Position numbers and translations under genes: made by a program. From an uncultured Acidimicrobiaceae bacterium (GTDB taxonomy: Bacteria; Actinomycetota; Acidimicrobiia; Acidimicrobiales; RAAP-2), in assembly GCA_963726855.1 (NCBI GenBank), contig CAVSEB010000014.1, positions 2,668-66,667 on the forward strand: DNA of 64,000 bases, read 5' to 3'. Below are positions 17,315-26,707 of this stretch, piece by piece (positions within the stretch are counted from its first letter, which is position 1; every line of letters starts with the position of its first letter). Below the pieces are notes generated by a model. The model made no database searches, was not told where the DNA came from, and saw only the letters and a program-made list of their open reading frames with translations.

Positions 17315-19921
17315 ATGGACTCAAGCGCCACCATGACGGCTGGCGGGGATGGCACAGAGGCGTATCGCCTGCCCCGCACGGTCGAGCCGGAGACCTATCA
17401 CCTCGAGATCGAGCCCAACGTGGCCTCGGCCACGTTCTCCGGAACGCTCGCGATCGATGCCGTGGTCCACGAACCGGTCGACGTGGTGGTGATGAACGCG
17501 GCTGAGCTTGTCGTGAGCGACGTCGAGATACGGACCGCCGACGGCGACGTACTGGCCTGCGCCGTTCACTTCGACGACGATCTCGAGCAGGTGTCGTTCC
17601 TGCCTTCCGCCTCCCTCCCAGCTGGTCCCTGCGTCATCACGTGCCGCTTCTCGGGGACCCTCAACGACAAGCTTCGTGGCTTTTACCGCTCGACCTACAC
17701 CGGTCCCGACGGTGAGAACCGGACCATGGCGACGACGCAGTTCGAGTCGGTGGACGCTCGGCGTGCCTTTCCCTGCTTCGACGAACCTGACCGCAAAGCC
17801 GTGTTCGACGTCACACTCACCGTGGACGCCGACGTCGAGGCCATCTCCAACTCGCCCGTCATCGCCAACGAACCGATAGGCGACAAACGCCGGATCCGGT
17901 TCTCCCCCACCATGAAGATGTCCACGTACCTCGTGGCTTTCGTGATCGGCCAGCTCGAGTCGACCGAAACGGTCAACGTGGGCGGCGTCCCTCTGCGCGT
18001 CGTCACCACACCCGGCAAGAGTGCGCTGGGTACCTATGCCCTCGAGGTCGGCGCGTTCGCCCTGCGTTTCTTCACCGAGTATTTCGACATCCCGTACCCA
18101 GGCGAGAAGGTCGACCTCGTCGCCATTCCGGACTTCGCGGCGGGCGCCATGGAGAACCTCGGCTGCATCACCTTCCGCGACACTGCGTTGCTCGTGAACC
18201 CGGACGAGGCCTCGAGGACCGAGCTGGAGCGGGTGGCCGACGTGATCTCACACGAGCTCGCCCACATGTGGTTCGGCGACCTCGTGACCATGGGTTGGTG
18301 GGAGGGCATCTGGCTGAACGAGGCGTTCGCCACGTTCATGGAGATGCTCAGTGTCGATGCCTTCCGCCCGTCGTGGGACCGCTGGGTCGGCTTCGCCCCC
18401 TCACGCGAGGCAGCGCTCGCAATTGATGCCGTGCACTCCACCCGGCCGATCGAATACCCGGTGGGTCCGCCCAAGGAGGCGGAAGGAATGTTCGACCTCC
18501 TCACCTACGAGAAGGGCGCCAGCGTGCTCCGCATGCTCGAGCAGCACATCGGCGCGGAGGTGTTCCGCGACGGTGTGCGCGCCTATTTGAAGGCACATGC
18601 CTACGGCAACACCGTGACCACCGATCTGTGGGACGCACTGGAAGATGCCAGCGGCGCACCAGTGCGCGACGTGATGAACACCTTCATCCTCCAGGGGGGG
18701 CACCCGCTGATCTCGCTGGATGGCGACGTCCTGCGACAGCAGCCCTTCGCACTGGGGCCAGTGCCCCCCGGCACGACATCGTCCATCGGTTCCTCGTGGA
18801 AGGTCCCGGTCGCCGTACGCGCTCTTCCGACGCGAGGACGGCCTGGCGCTCCGACGCGCAACCTCATCCTCGACGACGACCCCGCAACCCTGCCCGAGGC
18901 TGGCCAGGGACTGGCCGTGGTCAACGCGGGTGGCTGGGGCGTGTTCCGCGTCGGCTACGAGACCCCGCATCGCCTGGCCCTGGCCGAGCATCTGCCCGAG
19001 CTGACCGCACTCGAGCGGGCGGAGTTCATCGCAGACACGTGGGCCACCACCCTGGCCGGACATTCGGCCCTGCGCGAGTTCCTGCTGCTGGCAGCGCGCC
19101 TCGGACTCGAGCCCGACCCGGTGCCCTGGATGTCAGTGTCGTCGGCCCTCGTCCTGACCAATCGCATCGCATTGGAGAACCAGCGGCCGGCGTTGCGTGA
19201 CGCAGTGGCCGCCCTGTTCGGACCCATCCACGCTCACCTCGGCTTCGACGCCCGCCCCGACGACAGCGATCGCACACCCACTCTCAGGGCCTTGGCCATC
19301 AACCTCCTGGGCACCATCGGTGCGGACGAGGCGGTCCGGGCTGAGGCCGTGCGGCGCTTCGATGACTCGCCCGTCGGCGGCGGCTCGGGCCACCCGATCT
19401 CGCCCGACATCGAGGCAGCCACGCTGGCCGTGGTGGCCCAGCTGCTACGGGACGGGGACTACGACGCCCTGCTCGAGCGCTACCAGGCCGCCCAGACGCC
19501 TCAGGAGGAGATGCGCTCCCTCGGAGCATTGGCCATGTTCCCCGATGTGGAGCTCTGTTTGCGCACATTCGATCTGGCAATGACGGAGGTGCGCAGCCAG
19601 AACGGCTTTGCCGTGCTCGGTTCGCTCCTGGTCAACCCCGTCGGATGCCAAGCAGTGTGGACCCGGATCACCGAGACCTGGGACCAGATCCTCGAACGGT
19701 TCCCGAAGAATGCGCCGCCACGCATTCTCGAGTCGATTCCCGCTCTGTGCGCCGATGCCACATTCGCCGAGAACGCAATCGCCTTCCTCGACGCCCGTCC
19801 GTTGGCGTCGGGACCGCGTCGGGTGAACCAATCGATTGAACGACTGCGGGTCAATGTCGCCTTCGCCACCCGCGAGCGGCCGCAACTGACAGACTCGCTG
19901 GGCACGCTGCGCTCCGCTTGA
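17315..19921 (+). CDS. pepN: aminopeptidase N (M1 family)
   Basis: GAMENLG exopeptidase motif and HELAHMWFGD...WLNEAF zinc site. 868 aa. Confidence 0.92.
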   Translation: MDSSATMTAGGDGTEAYRLPRTVEPETYHLEIEPNVASATFSGTLAIDAVVHEPVDVVVMNAAELVVSDVEIRTADGDVLACAVHFDDDLEQVSFLPSASLPAGPCVITCRFSGTLNDKLRGFYRSTYTGPDGENRTMATTQFESVDARRAFPCFDEPDRKAVFDVTLTVDADVEAISNSPVIANEPIGDKRRIRFSPTMKMSTYLVAFVIGQLESTETVNVGGVPLRVVTTPGKSALGTYALEVGAFALRFFTEYFDIPYPGEKVDLVAIPDFAAGAMENLGCITFRDTALLVNPDEASRTELERVADVISHELAHMWFGDLVTMGWWEGIWLNEAFATFMEMLSVDAFRPSWDRWVGFAPSREAALAIDAVHSTRPIEYPVGPPKEAEGMFDLLTYEKGASVLRMLEQHIGAEVFRDGVRAYLKAHAYGNTVTTDLWDALEDASGAPVRDVMNTFILQGGHPLISLDGDVLRQQPFALGPVPPGTTSSIGSSWKVPVAVRALPTRGRPGAPTRNLILDDDPATLPEAGQGLAVVNAGGWGVFRVGYETPHRLALAEHLPELTALERAEFIADTWATTLAGHSALREFLLLAARLGLEPDPVPWMSVSSALVLTNRIALENQRPALRDAVAALFGPIHAHLGFDARPDDSDRTPTLRALAINLLGTIGADEAVRAEAVRRFDDSPVGGGSGHPISPDIEAATLAVVAQLLRDGDYDALLERYQAAQTPQEEMRSLGALAMFPDVELCLRTFDLAMTEVRSQNGFAVLGSLLVNPVGCQAVWTRITETWDQILERFPKNAPPRILESIPALCADATFAENAIAFLDARPLASGPRRVNQSIERLRVNVAFATRERPQLTDSLGTLRSA

Positions 19922-20640
19922 TGGCGGAGGCCCGCACACGGCGTCAGGAAGCGAGCCAGCGCACCGGGTTCCTGCTCGAGACCGCCCGGCGCACCCGCGG
20001 CTTCATGCCCGATGACGAGGGCGAGGCGCTCTACCAAGCGGCCCTCCGTGCGGGAGAGGCGGAGCTGCCCGGCGCGATGCCTCCGACCTTCGTCGAGATC
20101 GGTGCCTGGTGTGGCAAGTCCACCGTCTATCTGGGTGCCGCGGCCGAGGCCACGGGGGCCGTGGTGCTGTCCATCGATCACCACCGGGGCTCAGAGGAAA
20201 ACCAGCCTGGGTGGGAGTACCACGAGCCCGATCTGGTCGACCCTGACGTCGGGCAGATCGACACACTGCTCCACTGGCGTCGCACCATTTCAGAGGCCGG
20301 TCTCGAGGCGTCAGTCGTCGGCATCGTCGGTGACTCCCCCACCATGGGGGCGCGCTGGGACCGACCACTGGCGTTCTGCTTCATCGACGGCGGGCACGGT
20401 GAGGACCCAGCCTGGGCTGACTTTCGCGGCTGGGCTCCCCACGTCGCCCTCGGTGGCTGGCTGGCCATCCACGACGTGTTCCCCGATCCGGCCGACGGGG
20501 GACGCCCGCCGTATGAGCTCTATTGCGCGGCGCTGGGCTCGGACGAGTTCGTCGACGATGGCGCCTGCGGCAGCCTGCGCGTGTTGCGACGGGTGCGCGA
20601 CGCAGCGGGTGCGCCCGGAGCGATCGCTCCTCTCCTGTAG
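19921..20640 (+). CDS. class I SAM-dependent methyltransferase (O-MT-like)
   Basis: FVEIGAWCGKSTVYL (SAM-binding G-rich loop), FIDGGH, WLAIHDVF. The start overlaps the pepN stop. Confidence 0.75.
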   Translation: MAEARTRRQEASQRTGFLLETARRTRGFMPDDEGEALYQAALRAGEAELPGAMPPTFVEIGAWCGKSTVYLGAAAEATGAVVLSIDHHRGSEENQPGWEYHEPDLVDPDVGQIDTLLHWRRTISEAGLEASVVGIVGDSPTMGARWDRPLAFCFIDGGHGEDPAWADFRGWAPHVALGGWLAIHDVFPDPADGGRPPYELYCAALGSDEFVDDGACGSLRVLRRVRDAAGAPGAIAPLL

Positions 20641-20653
20641 GGACCCGCGCGAG

Positions 20654-21781
20654 CTAGCGGCGGATCGTCGGGTCGGTCGCGGTGCAGCCCGCCGTGGCGT
20701 CGCCGCAGTGCGGCTCGGCCAAGTCCAGTGCGGCCGGCAAGCCCTCGCCGCGGAACAGCCCGGCTGCGGGCGAGGTGCTGGAGAGCGCGTCGGCGGCCAG
20801 GACCATGGCGGCGAAGGTATAGGTGGTCCGTTCGTTCTCGGGAAAGGTTTCCTGGTCGGGATAGACCATCCCCGTCCAGTAGGAACCGTCGCCCAGCCTG
20901 AGGTTCTGTCCCCAGCTGAAGAGGTCGAGGGCCGATCCGTCCATGCCGAGGGCGTCGAGCGTCAGCACACACTCGGCCGTCTCGGCGGCGGTGATCCAGT
21001 CACCGGTCGAGACGCAGCGCACGCCCCGACCCTCCATCACGAAGCGGGACCATTCCTCAGCGATGCGACGACGGCCCGCGTCACCCTCGAGCGCACCCGA
21101 GAGCATCGGGTAGTACCAGTCCATCGCGAACTCGATCTTGGGAGCGAAGGCAGCGGGGTGATGGGCCACTGCGTGACCGAGGCGCCCGGCCGCGAGTTCC
21201 CAGTCCGGGCGGTCCTTGGCCAGGCATTCGGCAATGGCGACGGCGCAGCGCATGGAGTGATAGATCGACGACGAACCCGTCAACAGGGCGTAGGCCTCGG
21301 GCCGCCCTGAGGAGTCGAGCGACCAGAGCACCGAGCCATCCGGTTGCTGCCAGCGCAAGATCCAGTCGATGCCCTTCTCGATGGTCGGCCAGAGCTCGCC
21401 CAAGAACTCGACGTCACCGGTGATCAGATGGTGATGCCAGGCCCCGGCGGCCAAGTAGGCGCAGACGTTCGTGTCGAGGCGGGGATCTTTGAGCGTGTCA
21501 CCCTGGTAGTAGTTGAACCAGCTGCCGTCGGGCAGCTGGCGGGACGCGAGCCAGCGATAGGCGTCCATCGCCTCGCCGACCAGCCCGCACACCGTGAGGG
21601 CCATGGCCGCCTCGACGTGGTTCCACGGATCGCAGTGGCCGCCCTCGAACCACGGAATCATCCCGTCATGGCGCTGCACCTCTGCGATGGCCTGCGCCGT
21701 CGCAAGCACGTCGTGACTGGTCAGGATGCCCGATACCTCCGGGATCGTGATCTGCGCCGAGCGAGTGTCTTCTGTTGTCAT
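20654..21781 (-). CDS. prenyltransferase/terpene-cyclase-repeat (alpha-alpha toroid) protein
   Basis: Repeated Q..DGSW-type motifs (RQLPDGSWFNYY, WQQPDGSVLW, LRLGDGSYW). ATGA overlap with the upstream methyltransferase. Confidence 0.7.
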   Translation of the reverse strand: MTTEDTRSAQITIPEVSGILTSHDVLATAQAIAEVQRHDGMIPWFEGGHCDPWNHVEAAMALTVCGLVGEAMDAYRWLASRQLPDGSWFNYYQGDTLKDPRLDTNVCAYLAAGAWHHHLITGDVEFLGELWPTIEKGIDWILRWQQPDGSVLWSLDSSGRPEAYALLTGSSSIYHSMRCAVAIAECLAKDRPDWELAAGRLGHAVAHHPAAFAPKIEFAMDWYYPMLSGALEGDAGRRRIAEEWSRFVMEGRGVRCVSTGDWITAAETAECVLTLDALGMDGSALDLFSWGQNLRLGDGSYWTGMVYPDQETFPENERTTYTFAAMVLAADALSSTSPAAGLFRGEGLPAALDLAEPHCGDATAGCTATDPTIRR

Positions 21782-22587
21782 GCGGCCGCTCCCTGGGTCG
21801 GCGAGTCGGGCCCGCGCCGTCCGGGCACGCCACGGGGGACATTGGGGCGGGCATCAGGTAGCCCCGACACCTTTGCATCAGGCTTGGTCAGGTAGACCAC
21901 CAAGCTCTTGCCGATCAATGGGCTCAACACGCGGTCTGCCGTCCGGGTCACCAGCGGGGCCTTGACGATGTCCCACACCAGCACCTGGTGATACGCCTTC
22001 ACCGCCGGATGTTTCTCGTTGCTCGGTCCGACGAGGCAACGGAGCCACCAGTAAGGCGAGTGCAAGCCGTGGGCGTGATGGAAGCCGGTTGGCTCCAGTC
22101 CGGCGGCGCGCAAACGGCGTTCCAACGTCGAGCGCCGGTAGATGCGGACGTGGCCACCGGGCGTGTCGTGGTACTCGTCCGACAGCACCCAGTTGATCGC
22201 CTCGGGGGCACACCGGGGCACGGTCACCGCCATGGCACCGCCCGGCTTGAGCACGCGGGCCAGTTCACGCATGGCGCCGATGTCGTCGGGGATGTGCTCG
22301 AGCACCTCGGAGGCAATCACCCGATCGAACGTGCCGTTGGCGAAGGGCAGCCGCAAGGCGTCGCCCTGGACCCCTGTCGCCGGATGATGCACGTCGAGCT
22401 CCCCGGCTTCGATCATGGCGCCAAAGGTGGCGCGCACCTGCGCCACCTCCTCTGGGCCAGCATCGAGGGCGACCACCGACGCTCCGCGACGGGCTGCTTC
22501 AAAAGCGTGACGACCGAAGCCGCAGCCCAGATCGAGGACCAGATCGCCCGGCCCGACGCCGAGCAGGTCGTAGTCAACGGTGAGCAT
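21778..22587 (-). CDS. class I SAM-dependent methyltransferase (Methyltransf_11-like)
   Basis: VLDLGCGFGRH...VVALD...FDRVIASEVLEHI...LKPGG. Confidence 0.85.
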   Translation of the reverse strand: MLTVDYDLLGVGPGDLVLDLGCGFGRHAFEAARRGASVVALDAGPEEVAQVRATFGAMIEAGELDVHHPATGVQGDALRLPFANGTFDRVIASEVLEHIPDDIGAMRELARVLKPGGAMAVTVPRCAPEAINWVLSDEYHDTPGGHVRIYRRSTLERRLRAAGLEPTGFHHAHGLHSPYWWLRCLVGPSNEKHPAVKAYHQVLVWDIVKAPLVTRTADRVLSPLIGKSLVVYLTKPDAKVSGLPDARPNVPRGVPGRRGPDSPTQGAAA

Positions 22588-24035
22588 CAGGCCGCCCCTG
22601 CCCCGGCCGCCGCTGGTGCGCCCGGCAACGGCCTGCCCGCGAGCAGCGCCTCGTAACAGGCGGCCGTGCCCGCGGCGGTCACCTGCCAGGTAAATCGGCT
22701 CACCACACGTTGGCGGCCGGCACTGCCGAGCCGGACCCGCATGGCGGGGTCGTCCAGCAGCCGGCCGATGGCGCCAGCCAGCGCACCGGGATCGTCGGGC
22801 GGAACCAACAGCCCCGTCTCCCCGTCATTTCCCACGACTTCGGGCAGCGCGCCACCCGTGGTAGCCACCACGGCGACGCCACAGGACATTGCTTCGATCG
22901 CCGGCAGCGAGAAGCCTTCGTAGAGGGAGGGCACCACTGCGACCTGCGCTTCGCCATAGAGGCGAGCAAGCGCATCGTCGCTGATGCCGCTGACGCAGTG
23001 CACGACGTCGGACAGTCCCAGTCGCGCGATGGCCCGGTCGACCCGTCCGCCCTCGGTCGGGCGGCCGATCACCGTGAGCTCGACCTCGCGCTCGGTACGC
23101 AACTTGGCGACGGCCTCGAGGAGCGGCACCAGGCCCTTCATCGGGACGTCACTGCTCGAGGTCACCATGACGCGCCCAGGCACCGGCGTCACGTCCTCGA
23201 ACGGACGGAACACCGTGTCATCGACCCCGACCGGCACCACGGTCATGCGCTCGGGCGCCACACTCATCTGCGCGGCGATGTCACGTCGAGAGTTCTCCGA
23301 CACCGTCAGCACCGCGGGCAGCGCCCGCGCCACCCGGACCTGCATGCCGAGAAATCCGAACCAGCGACGAGTGGTGAAGCTCTGCCAGGGGTTGGTCGTG
23401 TGCGACAAGGCGAGTTGACGGTCGACCGTGATGGGATGGTGCAACGTTGTCAACAAGGGCCAGCCGTCTTCGACCATTCCGAGCATCCCCTTGCCCAGAC
23501 ATTGATTGTCGTGCACCACGTCGAACTCGTTCCGCCGTGCGGCCAGCATTTGGCGAACTCGCAGCGAATACGCCAGCGGTTCTCCGAATCCCGCCGTGCA
23601 CATGATGGCGAACTCGGTCCAGTCCTCACGCGAGTGGAATTCGCGGGGATGGGGCACCCGGAAAGGATCGGGGTCTCGGTAGAGATCGAGACCCGACACC
23701 GGGGTGAAACCGACGCCCTCGTCCAGCTCTGGCCATGGGGCGCCCGAGAAGACCTCCACGGAGTGACCGAGGGCGACCAGTTCACGGGTCAGGTGGCGGG
23801 TGTAGACCCCTTGGCCCCCGCAGCGTGGGTTCCCCCGATAGGTGAGGAACGCGACGCGTCGTCCCCCTGGTCGAGGCGGTGCGGCCGGGATCGGGGCGGG
23901 CAGCTCGATGTGGCGCGAACGCTCCCAGGATTCCTTGGTTTCGATCCACTTCTGGCGCGGGGTCTTAGGCAACGGATGTCCCGACTCGACCCAGCATGGC
24001 CGCATAGCCTCCCCGAACGCCCTGCTCCTGCGCAA
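22587..24035 (-). CDS. GT4-family glycosyltransferase
   Basis: RVAFLTYRGNPRCGGQGVYTRHL...; C-terminal EGFSLPAIEAMSCGVAVVATTGGALPEVV. Start uncertain; an alternative is MRPCWV at about 24005. Confidence 0.85.
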   Translation of the reverse strand: MRRSRAFGEAMRPCWVESGHPLPKTPRQKWIETKESWERSRHIELPAPIPAAPPRPGGRRVAFLTYRGNPRCGGQGVYTRHLTRELVALGHSVEVFSGAPWPELDEGVGFTPVSGLDLYRDPDPFRVPHPREFHSREDWTEFAIMCTAGFGEPLAYSLRVRQMLAARRNEFDVVHDNQCLGKGMLGMVEDGWPLLTTLHHPITVDRQLALSHTTNPWQSFTTRRWFGFLGMQVRVARALPAVLTVSENSRRDIAAQMSVAPERMTVVPVGVDDTVFRPFEDVTPVPGRVMVTSSSDVPMKGLVPLLEAVAKLRTEREVELTVIGRPTEGGRVDRAIARLGLSDVVHCVSGISDDALARLYGEAQVAVVPSLYEGFSLPAIEAMSCGVAVVATTGGALPEVVGNDGETGLLVPPDDPGALAGAIGRLLDDPAMRVRLGSAGRQRVVSRFTWQVTAAGTAACYEALLAGRPLPGAPAAAGAGAA

Positions 24036-24065
24036 ACGGCGCCTCGAAACGGCATTTGTGACGAC

Positions 24066-25307
24066 TCAGCCGAGCCCGAACCAGCCAAGGACGGTCAGGA
24101 ACACGTACACGCTGGCCACGGCGGCCACGGACATGATGGCCAGGCCACCGACCCAGCGTGACACGGGTCCGTTGCTGGCCGAACCGAGCAGGGAACGGCG
24201 GTTGGCAAGGACGAGGATCAAAATCAACGTGATCGGGGTGATCACGCCCTCGAGGACCTGGGTGTTGAGGATCAGCGTGATCAGGTTGCCGGGCACCAGG
24301 ACCACCGCCGCCCCCACGAGAATCTGGAAGGTGAAGATGCCCAGGAAGACCGGTGCCTGGCGGAAGCTCGACGACACCGACCGCTCCACCCCGATCGCCT
24401 CCGCCACGGCGTAGGAGGTCGAAAGGGGCACAACGGCGGCGGCCAGAGCGGAGGCCCCCAGCAAGCCCAGCCCGAACAGGGTCTCGGCGGCGGCGCCGGC
24501 GACTGGTTTCAACGCCTGGGCCGCGGTCGATGCCGAGGTCAGCGGGCCCGATCCTCCGATGGTGGCCCCGGTGGCCACGATGATCGACATGGCGACGAAG
24601 GACGCCATGAGGGCTCCGGCGATGGCGTCGAAACGCTGGTAGCGGTATTCCGCGGGCTTGACCCCCTTGTCGACCACGGCGCCCGCTTCGTAGAGCTGGA
24701 TATACGGGGTGATGGTGGTGCCGATAAGGGCAACCGAGAGCAGGAGGAACGATTTGCTGGCGACGAAGTGGGGCCACACTGTGTTGACCGCCACCTGGTG
24801 CCAATTGGGATGGGCGAGGACGGCGGCGATCGGATAGGCGATGAAGACGAGGGTCATGAGCAAGAACACCCGTTCGGCGTAGCGGTAGGACCCGAAGAGG
24901 ACGAGCGACCAGATCGCCACGGCAGCGATCGGTACCGAGAGGTAGCGCGACACGCCGAAGAGCTCGAACGACGTGGCGATGCCACCGAACTCAGTGACCA
25001 TGAGGCCGAGATTGGCGATCGCGAACGCGGTGATGGCGAACGCGGTGAGCCGCAGGGGTAACTCTTCGCGTATGAGCGCCGCCAATCCCTTGCCGGTGAA
25101 CACGGAGAGCCGGGCCACCATCTCCTGCACGATGACGTAGGCCACAGTGATGAGCACCATCAGGAACAGGGTGCGGTAGACGAACTGTGCCCCGGCGGAC
25201 GCGTACGTCACGACACCGCCGGCGTCGTTGCCGGCTGCCGCGGCAATGAGTCCGGGTCCAGCTGCGGCCAGATAGATCAGCCACCGCCGGGAGGCGGGCG
25301 GCTTCAC
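24066..25307 (-). CDS. Nramp-related transporter with non-canonical metal site (NRMT-like)
   Basis: Nramp fold. The TM1 motif reads GNDAGG instead of DPGN. TM6 reads GTTITPYIQLY instead of GA.vMPHNLyLHS. The GTG start overlaps the stop of the upstream CBS protein (GTGA). Confidence 0.85.
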   Translation of the reverse strand: MKPPASRRWLIYLAAAGPGLIAAAAGNDAGGVVTYASAGAQFVYRTLFLMVLITVAYVIVQEMVARLSVFTGKGLAALIREELPLRLTAFAITAFAIANLGLMVTEFGGIATSFELFGVSRYLSVPIAAVAIWSLVLFGSYRYAERVFLLMTLVFIAYPIAAVLAHPNWHQVAVNTVWPHFVASKSFLLLSVALIGTTITPYIQLYEAGAVVDKGVKPAEYRYQRFDAIAGALMASFVAMSIIVATGATIGGSGPLTSASTAAQALKPVAGAAAETLFGLGLLGASALAAAVVPLSTSYAVAEAIGVERSVSSSFRQAPVFLGIFTFQILVGAAVVLVPGNLITLILNTQVLEGVITPITLILILVLANRRSLLGSASNGPVSRWVGGLAIMSVAAVASVYVFLTVLGWFGLG

Positions 25308-26707
25308 GAAAGCAGGCGCGGGAAGTGGAATCTGCCCTTGGTCGGGACCAGGACGTCCAGCACGTCGTCCACCATGATCCGTCCGATCGGACTCCCGTCA
25401 TCGTCCACGACGACGAGACTGTGGCGCCGGGCCTCGATCAAGCGGTGTGCGACCTCTTTGGTGGGCGTCTTGGCATGGACGGGCACCTCTTCCTCCAGGA
25501 GCAGCGCCGACATCCTGGTGTCCTTGTCCTCCCGCAGTGCGAGCAGGATGTCGAGCACGGCCACGTCGCCGATGAGGCGGCCGTCGCTGTCGACCACCGC
25601 GACGGCGTCGAGGTCGACTCCGTGGTTTCTGGCCTCGGAGAGCCGGTCGACGACCTTCTTCACCTTGTCGCCGGAATGCGCCGTGACCAGGGCCGTTGTC
25701 ATGATTCCGCCGGCCTCGTCCTCCTCGTACCCGAGCAGCTCGCGCAGGGCCAGAGCCGTCGACTGGGGGATGTGGCGCAGCACCTCGGCCCGGACGGCCA
25801 GAGGCAGGTGGCGGAGCGCGTCAGCGGCCTCGTCGGGTTCCATGGCGGCAACCAATCGGGCCGCGTCGGCCGGATCTGTCTCGCGCAACAGCTGCTCGAG
25901 ATCTTCGGGCTCCATCTCTTCGAGCGCGTCGGCCGCCTCGTCCGGATCGAGCGCGGACAGCAGCTCGCGGCGCTCGTCGCGACGCAGGTCCTCGAGGAGG
26001 TCGGCCAGCTCGGCCGGGCGCAGGCGTTGCAGCCCTTCGTTCGTTGTCTTGAGGCGCACCTGGGTCGCGGCTTGGGCCTCGCCGGTCGACTCGGCGAAGG
26101 TCTGGATGGCCGCCCAGTCGATCACACGGTCAGGCGTGGGACGCGGCCGCCAGCGACGCGGCCCCAGACGACGCAGGAGCGTGGCATTCGACACGTCGGC
26201 ACCGACCAGGCGGATGCGACCAATGGCCTCGGCCAGGTACAAGTCGGCGGCACGAATGACTTGGACCCCCTCGACGTCGACGAGCTGGTGGTCCAGCACA
26301 TCCTTGGCCAGGAGCACTTCGTTGGGCCGGCGCACCACATCGCGCAGGTCGAGCCGACTCGAGCGCAACAACACTTCGGCGTGGCCGATCCGGTCGATCG
26401 ACGAGGCCGGCACGAAGGCATCGCGGCGCCCCACCTTGATGACCAGGCCGCTGACGGGCGGGTAGACCTGCCCATCCGCCCACCGAGCCACGACGTCTTC
26501 GAGGCGGCCGATCTCTTGGCCGCGCTGGTTGCGCACGGGGCGACCGAGAAGGCCGGCCAGCGACACGATGGAATCGAACACGCCCTCGGAGGCGAGAATG
26601 CGCCGCGTACGCCGGCGCCGCCGGCTCGGACCGCGGTCTGGACCACGGGGCCGACCATTGAAAATGCCAGAGCGAGCCGGTGCGCTCGTGGGTGGTGGCG
26701 TTGCCAT
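25304..26707 (-). CDS. soluble PRC-barrel + MgtE N-domain + CBS-pair protein (no transmembrane domain)
   Basis: AGGAGGGAGCTCC precedes the ATG at 26707. PRC-barrel-like VRNQRGQEIGRLEDVV...VIKVGRRDAFVPASSI. MgtE_N helical repeats (LADLLEDL..PDEAADALEEMEPEDLEQLL..). GYEEDEAGGIMTT followed by two CBS motifs. The protein ends where the MgtE membrane pore would begin. Confidence 0.85.
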   Translation of the reverse strand: MATPPPTSAPARSGIFNGRPRGPDRGPSRRRRRTRRILASEGVFDSIVSLAGLLGRPVRNQRGQEIGRLEDVVARWADGQVYPPVSGLVIKVGRRDAFVPASSIDRIGHAEVLLRSSRLDLRDVVRRPNEVLLAKDVLDHQLVDVEGVQVIRAADLYLAEAIGRIRLVGADVSNATLLRRLGPRRWRPRPTPDRVIDWAAIQTFAESTGEAQAATQVRLKTTNEGLQRLRPAELADLLEDLRRDERRELLSALDPDEAADALEEMEPEDLEQLLRETDPADAARLVAAMEPDEAADALRHLPLAVRAEVLRHIPQSTALALRELLGYEEDEAGGIMTTALVTAHSGDKVKKVVDRLSEARNHGVDLDAVAVVDSDGRLIGDVAVLDILLALREDKDTRMSALLLEEEVPVHAKTPTKEVAHRLIEARRHSLVVVDDDGSPIGRIMVDDVLDVLVPTKGRFHFPRLLS

